From the NCBI RefSeq assembly GCF_000017945.1, contig NC_009776.1, forward strand, positions 510,001 through 542,000: DNA of 32,000 nt. Direction: 5' to 3'. The notes under the pieces were generated by a model. It made no database searches, had not been told where the DNA came from, and saw only the letters and a program-made list of their open reading frames with translations. This stretch comes from Ignicoccus hospitalis KIN4/I. GTDB taxonomy: Archaea; Thermoproteota; Thermoprotei_A; Sulfolobales; Ignicoccaceae. Shown piece after piece: positions 7,718 through 16,124 of this stretch (within the stretch, counting starts at the first letter, position 1; each line of letters begins with the position of its first letter). The position numbers and the translations under genes were made by a program.

Positions 7718-9064
7718 GTGGACGGAGCGTTCGGTATGAGAGAGCTCGGGCTCGCCGAGGCCGTCGCCCTGGGCGTCGGGATAATAATAGGTGCTAGCAT
7801 ATTTTCGTTGGCCGGAGTTGGGGTCAAGCTAGCGGGCCCGAACTTACCCGAGGCCTTCGCCCTCTCAGCAGCGTACGCGTTCTTGATAGCCTACTCCTAC
7901 GCTAAGCTCAGTAGGAAGTTCATCTCCAACGCCGGGCCCGTGGAGTACGTCGTCCGGGCATTCGGAGATAACTTGCTCGTGGGAACTTTAGCCTTGATAT
8001 ACTGGTTGAACTTCGTATTTTCTATATCTTTGTTCACATACACTATAGCCGGTTACGCGCTGGGCGCCCTAGGCCTTGCAGATGACGCCTTCTTGTTTTC
8101 AATATCCCAAGCCTTAATTATTTCCATATTTGTGGCCTTAAACTTTAAGGGATCAAAGGCAGTAGCCGACACCGAGCTGATTTTAGTAATATTTAAGTTG
8201 GCTGTGCTACTGACCTTAATAGTGCTAGGTCTGAGGGTAATCAACCCTGAACTCTTGAAGCCCGACGCCAGCCCGCAAGGCATATTAAACGCCTTAACCG
8301 CTTCCAGCTTATTCTTGCTCAGCTACGCCGGCTTCGGAGTGATAACGAACGCTTCAGAAAACATAAGGGACCCCGAGAAGAACGTCCCCCGAGCTATATA
8401 CCTAAGCTTGGCCTTGTCAGCTGTTGTCTACCTCGGCGTCTCGATAGTGACCGTGGGCACGACCGAGCGCGCTAAGGTGCTCGAGGCGGAGGAATACGCG
8501 CTGGCAGTAGTAGCGAAGAGCGCTATTGGCTCCTGGGGGCCGGCGTTATTGACGCTAGGGGCAATAGTTTCGGCGTCGACCGCGCTGAACTCGGCCTTGT
8601 ACGGAGGCGCCAACGTGGCCTACTCGCTAGCTAAGAAAGGGGAGCTGCCGGAGTCCTTCGACCGGAGGGTGTGGTTCGGCGAGCCGGAGGGCCTTTATGT
8701 CACTGCCGCGCTGGCGCTGGCCTTCTCACTATCTCTGAACCTCGAAGGGGTGGCCGAAGTAACTACCATATCATTAATACTCACGTACATTTCTGTTGTC
8801 CTCTCGCATTGGAAGCTGAGGAGGGTCGTGGGAGGCAACGCCGCCGTCGTGTTAACGGCGTTGGTCGTGCTAGTCTTTAACGCTATAATCATATTGAGTC
8901 ACGAGTTCCTCACCAACCCGCTGGCCTTCCAAGCCTCAGTCGGGACCGCTGTGGGAGCGTTGATCTTCGAAGCGTTCTACCGCTCTTGGAGGAAGAGGGC
9001 GATTAAGGCGAGAACCTTACAAGGCGCTGAGGGCCTTAAGCGACAGCCAGTAGAGACAAGCTAA
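7718..9064 (+). CDS. APC-superfamily amino acid/polyamine permease
   Basis: 448-aa ORF made almost entirely of hydrophobic segments (about 12). The N-terminal LGLAEAVALGVGIIIGASIFSLAG resembles the APC signature. An alternative ATG start is at 7736. Confidence 0.8.
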   Translation: MDGAFGMRELGLAEAVALGVGIIIGASIFSLAGVGVKLAGPNLPEAFALSAAYAFLIAYSYAKLSRKFISNAGPVEYVVRAFGDNLLVGTLALIYWLNFVFSISLFTYTIAGYALGALGLADDAFLFSISQALIISIFVALNFKGSKAVADTELILVIFKLAVLLTLIVLGLRVINPELLKPDASPQGILNALTASSLFLLSYAGFGVITNASENIRDPEKNVPRAIYLSLALSAVVYLGVSIVTVGTTERAKVLEAEEYALAVVAKSAIGSWGPALLTLGAIVSASTALNSALYGGANVAYSLAKKGELPESFDRRVWFGEPEGLYVTAALALAFSLSLNLEGVAEVTTISLILTYISVVLSHWKLRRVVGGNAAVVLTALVVLVFNAIIILSHEFLTNPLAFQASVGTAVGALIFEAFYRSWRKRAIKARTLQGAEGLKRQPVETS

Positions 9065-9274
9065 CCTCCTAACGCTCCCCCGTACTTCGACCTTCGGTAA
9101 CCCTAAGTCGGGACAAGCGGCGTCTTGATACATCACTTCCCAGAACCTCTTGTCCTCTTTGAGCTCCCGGGGGTCGTTAACCACGAATGCGTGTTCCACC
9201 AAGCCCGCCTTGACGGAGAGGACCACCAGGGGGTCTCGGCCGCAGCAGACCGCTACGCTACTTCCCCTCTTCAA
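9017..9274 (-). CDS. Hypothetical small protein (85 aa), doubtful
   Basis: TTG-start ORF that fills an otherwise ~190-nt gap downstream of rpoL on the same strand. The start overlaps the rpoL stop region and the 3' end overlaps the permease by 48 nt. No recognisable motif apart from VAVCCGRD. Codon usage is acceptable but not compelling. Confidence 0.25.
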   Translation of the reverse strand: MKRGSSVAVCCGRDPLVVLSVKAGLVEHAFVVNDPRELKEDKRFWEVMYQDAACPDLGLPKVEVRGSVRRLACLYWLSLKALSAL

Positions 9275-9602
9275 GTTCCCTCACGAACTGATTTAGGTAG
9301 TTTATCGCTTCGTCTATGGTTTCCAGTAAGACCTCGTAGGGATCCACGGAGCCGTCGGTCCTTATGGTTATCCACAACACTTGCCTTAGGGGGTGCTCTA
9401 CCATGTAGAGCGCCGTAACTCCCTTCTTCCTAGAAGCTAACTTGGTTATTAGGTTCCCTAGGGTGTGGCTCTCGTTTGGTATCCTTATTCGCACCTCTTT
9501 GTCGTTCCTAACTACGACCTCGGGCTCGGCTATCACTTGAGCCACGGCCCTCACCACTCTTCGCTGAGCCGCTCTGAGACCCGCTTTATTACTTTCCTCC
9601 AC
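9258..9602 (-). CDS. rpoL: DNA-directed RNA polymerase subunit L (Rpo11)
   Basis: Contains IPNESHTLGNLITKLA...GVTALYMVEHPL, typical of Rpo11/RpoL. The track ORF is 114 aa. A more likely start is GTG at 9554, which overlaps the upstream gene's TGA as GTGA and gives about 98 aa. Confidence 0.85.
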   Translation of the reverse strand: MEESNKAGLRAAQRRVVRAVAQVIAEPEVVVRNDKEVRIRIPNESHTLGNLITKLASRKKGVTALYMVEHPLRQVLWITIRTDGSVDPYEVLLETIDEAINYLNQFVRELEEGK

Positions 9603-10156
9603 TCCTCCCTCTGTTCGTACTTGAAGTCGCCCTCCTCCAAGAGGCCCTCCCGCAGCATGACGTTCACCACTTCCTCCGGGTTAACCCCGTAGACTGTGCT
9701 CAACACGGCCACCGCCTTCTTCATGCTGTGTGGTAGCCTAAAGCGCACTATCTCCGAATCTATTATTTCTTTCATCTTTCTGGCGAGGGCCGCCACCTCC
9801 TCGAAGGGGGCGTCAGATACGAGCGTCCTCCCCTCTACTTTGGCAGAGTAGCCCAACAGCTTGAGTGCCTCCACTAAGGCGTCTATGGGGACCGCGGCCT
9901 TGGTCAGCTTGGGCAGTTCGTCCACGCTCACCCTCGTGTAGGGCAGCATTGCCGACTCTATCTCTTTTTTGAGTTCTTCTATTTCGTACCTCAATTCCTT
10001 CAATTCGTAAGGGAACCCCAAGGCTTCTATGAGAAGCTTGTTGCCGTCGACTTCGCCCTTGATCCACCTCGCGCTCACTTCTTCGCTTATCTTGTGGAGC
10101 AGTTCGTAACAAACCTCCTCGTTAATACACTTAATGACGAAGCGTCTAACCTTCAT
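9551..10156 (-). CDS. Hypothetical protein lying between csl4 and rpoL
   Basis: 201-aa ORF with an ATG start 9 nt after the csl4 stop. Its stop overlaps a candidate rpoL start. Good codon usage and a charged helical composition. I cannot name a family with confidence. Confidence 0.65.
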   Translation of the reverse strand: MKVRRFVIKCINEEVCYELLHKISEEVSARWIKGEVDGNKLLIEALGFPYELKELRYEIEELKKEIESAMLPYTRVSVDELPKLTKAAVPIDALVEALKLLGYSAKVEGRTLVSDAPFEEVAALARKMKEIIDSEIVRFRLPHSMKKAVAVLSTVYGVNPEEVVNVMLREGLLEEGDFKYEQREEWRKVIKRVSERLSEEW

Positions 10157-10165
10157 TATCTTTCC

Positions 10166-10744
10166 TTACTTCTTGGGCTGGTGCTTAGCTTTAAGTATGT
10201 AGTCTGGGGAGATCAATCGGTCCTCCACCCTCCCGCAGTAAGGGCACTGGAGCTGGTTGCCCACCTTGTACAAGGGATGACCGCAGTTGCTGCAGTAAGC
10301 CAGTATTACCCCTAGCCTCGGGCCCTTGAGGCTCAGCTGGTAGGGCGGGGAAGAGAGAACCTTGGCCTTGACCACGTCGCCGGGCCTCACGACGTCGTAC
10401 AAGCTATCCACGGGCTTTCCCGCTTGGCTTATATGGAGGACCGCGCTGAAGGCTCTGGCTCTAAATACCTCGTCGAAGCTTCTGGCAACCTTCAGCTGGG
10501 CGAGCTCATTCCTCATGCTCACCACCTCTCCGTAAACCACTTCTTTCGGAGACAACACCTTCTTCTCGGCGCTCGGCCCCCTCACCTCAATTACGTAGTT
10601 GACCGTGTCTATCCTCACGGTCCCCGGAATGCTCGCCCTGACTATCCCGTCGTCCTCGTAGGTCCCCGGGCCAGGGGCGTACTCCTCTATTACGCAGAGA
10701 GGGTCCCCCGGCGCCACCACGTCACCGTTCTTGACGAACGGCAC
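10166..10744 (-). CDS. csl4: Exosome complex RNA-binding subunit Csl4
   Basis: 192 aa. N-terminal V.PGD..CVIEE, a central S1-like region (VVYGEVVSMRNELAQLKV), and a C-terminal zinc ribbon CSNCGHPLYKVGNQLQCPYCG. Confidence 0.85.
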   Translation of the reverse strand: MPFVKNGDVVAPGDPLCVIEEYAPGPGTYEDDGIVRASIPGTVRIDTVNYVIEVRGPSAEKKVLSPKEVVYGEVVSMRNELAQLKVARSFDEVFRARAFSAVLHISQAGKPVDSLYDVVRPGDVVKAKVLSSPPYQLSLKGPRLGVILAYCSNCGHPLYKVGNQLQCPYCGRVEDRLISPDYILKAKHQPKK

Positions 10745-10797
10745 TTCTGTACCCCCCTCCCCGCTCGTGTTAGAAGGATTTTAGGGGATGAGCGTCC

Positions 10798-11241
10798 ATG
10801 AAGGTGAGGCTGCGGAACCCCACTCCTAGCGACGCCAAGAGGATATACGAGATAGAGGTAAGCTCCTTCGATCACCCCTTCTCTTTCCTAGTTATACTTT
10901 CCCAAGTTATTTTGCACGGAGACACCAGCTTGGTCGCCGAGGTCAACGGAAAGGTGGTAGGCTACGCCATAGCGGCCAAAGAAGTTGACAAAAAATTACA
11001 CTTGCTTAATTTCGCAGTCGATCCGCAGTACAGAGGCTTGGGGATAGGCTCTGCCCTCTTGGAGTCGCTCGAGAAACTGGCAAAGAAGAAGGGATTAAAG
11101 AGTATATACTTAGAGGTAGAAGAGGACAACTACAGAGCGATGAGGTTGTATAAAAAGATGGGATTCGTCGAAGTCGGAAGGATAAGGAAGTACTATCCGT
11201 GGGGTAAGGACGCGATCGTGATGGTCAAAGAGGTAGCTTGA
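10798..11241 (+). CDS. rimI: GNAT N-acetyltransferase (RimI / archaeal Ard1-like)
   Basis: 147 aa. Has acetyl-CoA motif A, QYRGLGIGSALL. Size and N-terminus (IR.ATPSDAKRIYEIE-like) are typical of RimI. Confidence 0.85.
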   Translation: MKVRLRNPTPSDAKRIYEIEVSSFDHPFSFLVILSQVILHGDTSLVAEVNGKVVGYAIAAKEVDKKLHLLNFAVDPQYRGLGIGSALLESLEKLAKKKGLKSIYLEVEEDNYRAMRLYKKMGFVEVGRIRKYYPWGKDAIVMVKEVA

Positions 11242-11662
11242 GACCGCTCCTTAACGCGATCTCCGTCACGCCGGGGAACGGGCAAGTACCCTTAGCCTTA
11301 ACCCCCTCGGGGGTGACGAGGGCCTCGAAGCTCCCCGCGTCTCCCTCAGCGGTTACGAACAGCTTGGGAGAGACGTGGGACTTGGCGACGCTCAAGTAGC
11401 CGTTGCCTATGCACTTCCGGAGCTGGAGGGCCCCCTCTCCGAAGAACTCCGACCACAGCCCCTCCGGGGCCTTGGTAGTTAAGTATATCTCGGTGACCTT
11501 TTCCGTGCAGCGGACCTCCGCTATCGGGCCCTCCTCGTCCATGGACTGGATCGCCTTCACTCCCCCTCCTTCCAAATAATCCACGAACTCTAAGTATTTC
11601 TTCATCAAATTGACCACTTCTTCGGGGCTGGCTTTGCAGCCCAAGACGTCGGCGCCGTACAA
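11225..11662 (-). CDS. Hypothetical protein
   Basis: C-terminal about 145 codons of track ORF 11225..11851. The upstream part of that ORF is antisense to the cysteine-synthase start and was rejected. Candidate starts are TTG 11662 or ATG 11605 (MKKYLEFVDYLEGGG...). No family recognised. The 3' end overlaps rimI by 17 nt. Confidence 0.45.
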   Translation of the reverse strand: MYGADVLGCKASPEEVVNLMKKYLEFVDYLEGGGVKAIQSMDEEGPIAEVRCTEKVTEIYLTTKAPEGLWSEFFGEGALQLRKCIGNGYLSVAKSHVSPKLFVTAEGDAGSFEALVTPEGVKAKGTCPFPGVTEIALRSGLKLPL

Positions 11663-11717
11663 GGGCTCCGCCTCTTCGGGCGCTTCAAGGTTCTCCTTAT
11701 AATCTCCCCTCGTCGCA

Positions 11718-12671
11718 GTGGGACGGCTGATGCCTATTGTGTGGGTGGGGGAGGCCGTAGGGAACACCCCAGCCGTGCTGCTGAGGAGGCTCACCAGCGG
11801 TAAGGGCAACGTAATGGTAAAGCTGGAATTTATGAATCCCAGTGGCAGCATAAAGGACAGGCCAGCTCTCTACATGATCAAAGAGGCGGAGGAGAGGGGC
11901 CTCCTGAAACCGGGATCGACCATAGTCGAACCCTCTTCCGGAAACACAGCCCTCTCCTTGGCCATGCTCGCAGCCGCCAAGGGCTACAAGATGGTCGCGG
12001 TGGTCCCGGAAACTACGAGCGAACAGAAGGTGAAAATGATGGAGTTGTTGGGGGCCAAGGTAATTTTCTCCAAAGCGGGCGTACCCTTGGGCCACCCTGA
12101 ACATCACTACACCTTGGCGAAGAGGTTGGCTGAGGAGAACGGGTGGGTGATGCTGGATCAATACAAGAACGAGGCGAACGTGAGGGCCCATTACGAGACC
12201 ACCGGGCCGGAGGTACTCAAGCAAGCGAGGGAGCTCATGGGAGGGTTGGACGCCTTCGTGGCCGGGGTGGGCACCGGAGGCACCGTCATAGGCGTTGGAA
12301 AGTTCTTGAAGGAGAGGGTCAAGGGCGTCAAGGTAGTGGCAGTAGTTCCCAAGGGAACTAAAATAGCGGGCTTCTTCGGCTCCGAGGGAGAGCGGCTGAG
12401 CCACGCCATAGAAGGCTTGACGGCGATGCCCGTCAGCGAGCTAATCAAGAAGTACAAACACGTAATAGACGAAATAATCGAAGTGGACGACGAAGAGGCC
12501 GTGAAGACCGCTAGGGAGTTGGCCTCGAAGGAGGGCCTCTTGGCAGGCTTGAGCGCCGGCGCAAACGTCCGCGCCGCACTGGAGCTGGAAAGGGAGGGCT
12601 TGAGGGTGGCCACAGTCGCGCCGGACGGCGCCATTAGGTATTTGGAGAGGCTCACCTCACGAAGATCTTGA
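11718..12671 (+). CDS. PLP-dependent cysteine synthase / cystathionine beta-synthase family enzyme
   Basis: 317 aa. PLP-lysine context NPSGSIKDRPA, Asn-loop SSGNTALS, and Gly-loop GVGTGGTVIG. ATG 11730 (MPIVWVGEAVGNTP) is the more likely start. Confidence 0.87.
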   Translation: MGRLMPIVWVGEAVGNTPAVLLRRLTSGKGNVMVKLEFMNPSGSIKDRPALYMIKEAEERGLLKPGSTIVEPSSGNTALSLAMLAAAKGYKMVAVVPETTSEQKVKMMELLGAKVIFSKAGVPLGHPEHHYTLAKRLAEENGWVMLDQYKNEANVRAHYETTGPEVLKQARELMGGLDAFVAGVGTGGTVIGVGKFLKERVKGVKVVAVVPKGTKIAGFFGSEGERLSHAIEGLTAMPVSELIKKYKHVIDEIIEVDDEEAVKTARELASKEGLLAGLSAGANVRAALELEREGLRVATVAPDGAIRYLERLTSRRS

Positions 12672-13110
12672 ACTCGCAGTGGGGGTCTCCCTTGGCCTCG
12701 CAAGCGACTTCCTTCACGTCGACCCTCCTTCCGGTAGCGCTCTCTAAGAGGCCCGCCAGTATTCCCGCCACCACCGCGTCCGCCGGCTCGGAGCTCCTAA
12801 TTCGGGAGCCGAAGAGGAGCCCCTTGCCCCTCACGACCATCCGTTCCTCGTCTACCTCAACTTCCCTCGCGAGCCCGCTCTTCACCAAGTAGTTGGTCGC
12901 AAAGCGTAGGGGGTCCTCCCCGTCAAGCCTTAACTCGCTGGCCAGCCTCTTAGCTGAGGCCTTTGCCAAGTTGTATAGGAAAGCGTTGCTCGTGTTCATT
13001 ACCTTCTTCATCTCCTCGTATATCAACGCGAACATGTCGCTCGTGGCAGAAGGCGCTTCTCTTACCGGTCTGTCTAAATGGGTGCTCATCATACATATCA
13101 CCGATTCCAC
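12652..13110 (-). CDS. V4R-domain protein (small-molecule-binding domain)
   Basis: 152 aa. The C-terminal AVVAGILAGLLESATGRRVDVKEVACEAKGDPHCEFKIF matches the V4R pattern (G..aG.l......v.E..C.a.Gd..CeF). Confidence 0.7.
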   Translation of the reverse strand: MESVICMMSTHLDRPVREAPSATSDMFALIYEEMKKVMNTSNAFLYNLAKASAKRLASELRLDGEDPLRFATNYLVKSGLAREVEVDEERMVVRGKGLLFGSRIRSSEPADAVVAGILAGLLESATGRRVDVKEVACEAKGDPHCEFKIFVR

Positions 13111-13231
13111 CTCGATCCCACCGTTCTAATATTCTTTGGTGAAAATTGTGAGGGTAAAAGTTCTTAAACGAACTAAAAAAGGTCCGGTCTTCGATTTATT
13201 ATCACGCCGCGCAGAGGGGAGGAGGAAGCCC

Positions 13232-14389
13232 ATGCCGGCCAACTTAACGCCCGAGGCCCAAGCGAAGCTCGCAGAGTACTCAGAGGCGAAGACCGTAGAA
13301 GCCAAGATAAGAGCTTTAGAAGAGTTCTTGAAGGTTGCCCCCAAGCACAAGGGCGCAGAGAACCTACTGTACTGGGCTAGGAGGAGACTGGCCGAGCTCA
13401 AGGAACAGCTGGAGACCGAGAAGAAGAAGAGGAAGGGCGGGAGGAACCCCTTCGTCGTAGAGAAGGAGGGCGCGGCCCAAGTGGTGCTCTTCGGGATCCC
13501 CAACTCCGGCAAGAGCAGCATAATAGCGGCCACCACCAGGGCTAAGGTAGAGGTCTCGCCCAGGCCCTACACGACCTTGGTGCCGGCAGTGGGCATGTTA
13601 CCTTTCGAGGACGTCCAGTTCCAGCTCGTCGAGGCGCCGGGGGTAGCGCCCGGAGTCGGCTGGGTGCATAGGAGCATAGGGCTGGTGAGGAACGCCGACC
13701 TCGTTGCCATAGTATTGGATTTGAGTTTGAATCCAATTAAGCAGTACAACTACTTGAAAAATCTCCTCGAAGAGAGCGGAATCAGTTTGAAGAAGCCGGA
13801 GGGGAGGGTCGAGATAGTCAAGGAGAGGGCCGGCGGAATAAAGGTAGCGATCATGGGCGAGTTGGTAGACGGCGACGTGGAGGACGTCAAGAGGTTGCTG
13901 AGGGCTTACGGGATACACAGCGCTACTGTGAAGCTCGTGGGGAAGGTCAGCTTAGACGACGTCGAAAAGGCCATATTGGGTACGAACCAATACAAGCCTT
14001 CTATAATAATACTTAACAAGGCCGACGTCCCCGGCGCCGAGGAAAAGGTGAAGGAGTTCTTAGAGGCTTACGACGGAGAGGCACCGGTTCTGGTGGTGTC
14101 CGCCAAGGAGGGCAAGGGGCTGGAGGAGCTGGGATCCACGATATTTAAGGTTTTAGACATCATTAGGGTCTACACAAAGAAGCCCAACGGCCCGAAGGCG
14201 GAGAAGCCCCTAATCTTGAAGAGGGGGGCCACGGTGGAGGACGTGGCGCGTTCCATACACTCGAGGATGGTGGAGGGCTTCAAGTTCGCGAAGGTCTGGG
14301 GGCCCTCCGCCAAGTACCCCGGAGAGAGGGTGGGGCTGGACCATCAAGTGGAGGACGGGGACGTGATAGAAATACATTACAAAGGGTAG
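13232..14389 (+). CDS. DRG/Obg-family GTPase with C-terminal TGS domain
   Basis: G1 GIPNSGKSS, G3 LVEAPGV, G4 LNKAD, and a TGS-like C-terminus (KRGATVEDVARSIH...GDVIEIHY). The track ORF starts at GTG 13136. I prefer ATG 13232, which is preceded by GGGGAGGAGG at 13216-13225, because the 13127-13200 stretch is AT-rich and promoter-like. Confidence 0.85.
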   Translation: MPANLTPEAQAKLAEYSEAKTVEAKIRALEEFLKVAPKHKGAENLLYWARRRLAELKEQLETEKKKRKGGRNPFVVEKEGAAQVVLFGIPNSGKSSIIAATTRAKVEVSPRPYTTLVPAVGMLPFEDVQFQLVEAPGVAPGVGWVHRSIGLVRNADLVAIVLDLSLNPIKQYNYLKNLLEESGISLKKPEGRVEIVKERAGGIKVAIMGELVDGDVEDVKRLLRAYGIHSATVKLVGKVSLDDVEKAILGTNQYKPSIIILNKADVPGAEEKVKEFLEAYDGEAPVLVVSAKEGKGLEELGSTIFKVLDIIRVYTKKPNGPKAEKPLILKRGATVEDVARSIHSRMVEGFKFAKVWGPSAKYPGERVGLDHQVEDGDVIEIHYKG

Positions 14390-15462
14390 AAGGCCTTCAA
14401 CAAAGCCTTGAGCAACTTGAAGGCTTTCTTACTTTGGACCAACTCCGCCAAAGTCTTCAAGTGGTTGTCGTACTCGGTTACCCTCAACACCTCCCCGTCC
14501 AAGGCTGTGAAGAGCTTGACGTAAGCCCTTTGGGGGGCGCCGTGGAGGGCCCTAGCCACCGGCGTCTCCGCGAGGAGCCTGGGCACTATTACTCTGTAAG
14601 CCTTGACCAGGTTGTCCACGTTCGAAGGGTAGCGGGAAGCTACGTAGAGCGAGGGATAAAGCCCTCCCCCGGTGACGGGCTTGTTCAAGCCCGCCGCGTC
14701 GCCTGTGGCACAGACCTTCGAGGCGCAAGGAGTTAACGAGGGTGGCCCGGTCTGAATTACGCCGCCGTATTCCTTCTTCACCTCCCCCTCTACCAACCCC
14801 CTCCTCTCCGCCACTTCCAACGCCTTCCTAGCTAGGGCCCTCACGTCGTAACCCTTCGTGGCCGCCGTGCCGACTACGGCCTTCCCGTCGAGCATTACTA
14901 CCCAAGAGAAGAAGCCCGGGGCCAAGCTTTTGTCGAACCAGACCTCCGCCCTCCCGGGGTAGGCGGCCCTCCCGACGACCTCGAGGTTGAGGCCGTAAAC
15001 CCTGCGGGGCTTGGCCGCGACGCCTAGCCTCTCCGAGAGCTCCGCCCTCCACCCCTCGGCTATTACCGCTCTGTCGTACTTTTCGTTGTCCACGTACCCC
15101 TTCGGAGTCACTCTGATGACTAACTTTTTGACGAACTTAACTCCCTCGGCCAGTGCGGTCTCCAACAATTCCTCTTCTAACCTCCTCCTGTCGAGCTTCG
15201 CCGCGAAGCCCTTGGGGCCCTTGAGGGTCACTCCCACGCCTTCCGGGAGGCCCAAGAAGAACTCCTCCAAGGCTCCTTCGTTTACTTCAGAACTGACGAA
15301 GGAGGACAGCGCTTCCCACACGGCGCCGGAGACCACGCCGGTGCAGTGCTCCGGAACTCCGACCTCCCCGTGCTCTTCGAACAAAGTTACGTTTGCGACT
15401 CTGCTCAAGTAGATGCTGGAGACTAGGCCCGAGAACCCGGCCCCCACCACGGCCACTCTCAT
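14377..15462 (-). CDS. FAD-dependent oxidoreductase, geranylgeranyl reductase family
   Basis: 361 aa with an ATG start. Dinucleotide fold MRVAVVGAGFSGL, HCTGVVS, and CATGDAAGLNKPVTGGG. The 3' end overlaps the GTPase gene by 13 nt. Confidence 0.75.
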   Translation of the reverse strand: MRVAVVGAGFSGLVSSIYLSRVANVTLFEEHGEVGVPEHCTGVVSGAVWEALSSFVSSEVNEGALEEFFLGLPEGVGVTLKGPKGFAAKLDRRRLEEELLETALAEGVKFVKKLVIRVTPKGYVDNEKYDRAVIAEGWRAELSERLGVAAKPRRVYGLNLEVVGRAAYPGRAEVWFDKSLAPGFFSWVVMLDGKAVVGTAATKGYDVRALARKALEVAERRGLVEGEVKKEYGGVIQTGPPSLTPCASKVCATGDAAGLNKPVTGGGLYPSLYVASRYPSNVDNLVKAYRVIVPRLLAETPVARALHGAPQRAYVKLFTALDGEVLRVTEYDNHLKTLAELVQSKKAFKLLKALLKAFYPL

Positions 15463-15509
15463 GGTAGAGCACCGAATAAGCCCCTCTCAGTCCCCCTAGG
15501 GGGTTAAAC

Positions 15510-16124
15510 TTGCTCGCGAGCCTCACGGACGCATACGTACGTCTGAAGAGGCCCCTAGTCATGGGCTTGGTGTCGCCGCCCACCTTGGACAAGGTAACCA
15601 GCGAAGGGGTAATAGTGAACTTGGAAGTATTTACGAGGGACGAAAGGTTGGCAGCTACGTACTTTCCTAAGTTCTATGTGTGGAAGGACGGCCTGGCCGC
15701 CGCGCCCATGCTGGTGCGGAAGGAGGACGCGCTCGCCCTTAACGAGCTTCGCGAGAGGGGTAACGTAATAATAATTTCGCAACTCAAGACTAAGGGGAAG
15801 GTCTACGTATTCGACGGGATCATGATAGCAGTTAGAAACAAGTTCGTGGGGAACATGGCGTGGTACTCCGCGGAAGGGGGCTACCCCCCTCTGGCGGTTG
15901 GCGAGGAGCCCTTGTACCGCTCCCCTCCCTTGCTGGCGACGGTAGAGTCCATAATCAGCGGCGAGGGGGCGTACGTGTACTCGGAGCGGGTCGTGGAGGT
16001 GGACGTCAAGAAGCTGCTTATCCCCCCGCCCTTAGCTCTGTTAGGAATAGCCGGTTGGAGGATGAGGAGGCTTGCTGCCCGTAAAGAGGTTGGAGAAGGA
16101 CGCCGTAATGCCGAAGAGGGCTAA
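15510..16124 (+). CDS. Hypothetical protein with C-terminal hydrophobic anchor
   Basis: 204-aa ORF (TTG start; alternative ATG at 15561). The C-terminus LLIPPPLALLGIAGW is followed by a basic tail, RMRRLAARK. No obvious signal peptide. The last 53 nt overlap dut in another frame. Confidence 0.5.
   Translation: MLASLTDAYVRLKRPLVMGLVSPPTLDKVTSEGVIVNLEVFTRDERLAATYFPKFYVWKDGLAAAPMLVRKEDALALNELRERGNVIIISQLKTKGKVYVFDGIMIAVRNKFVGNMAWYSAEGGYPPLAVGEEPLYRSPPLLATVESIISGEGAYVYSERVVEVDVKKLLIPPPLALLGIAGWRMRRLAARKEVGEGRRNAEEG

Noticed and set aside
11697-12703. Long ORFs 11697..12404 (-), 12191..12703 (-) and 12143..12361 (+)
   Set aside because: They are antisense or off-frame shadows of the cysteine-synthase-family gene, which has PLP motifs. 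Their composition is biased (P/G/H/L or S/T/A).
13126-13918. Minus-strand ORFs 13126..13536, 13542..13736, 13567..13749 and 13598..13918
   Set aside because: They overlap the DRG GTPase frame, which carries the G1/G3/G4 motifs. No motifs of their own.
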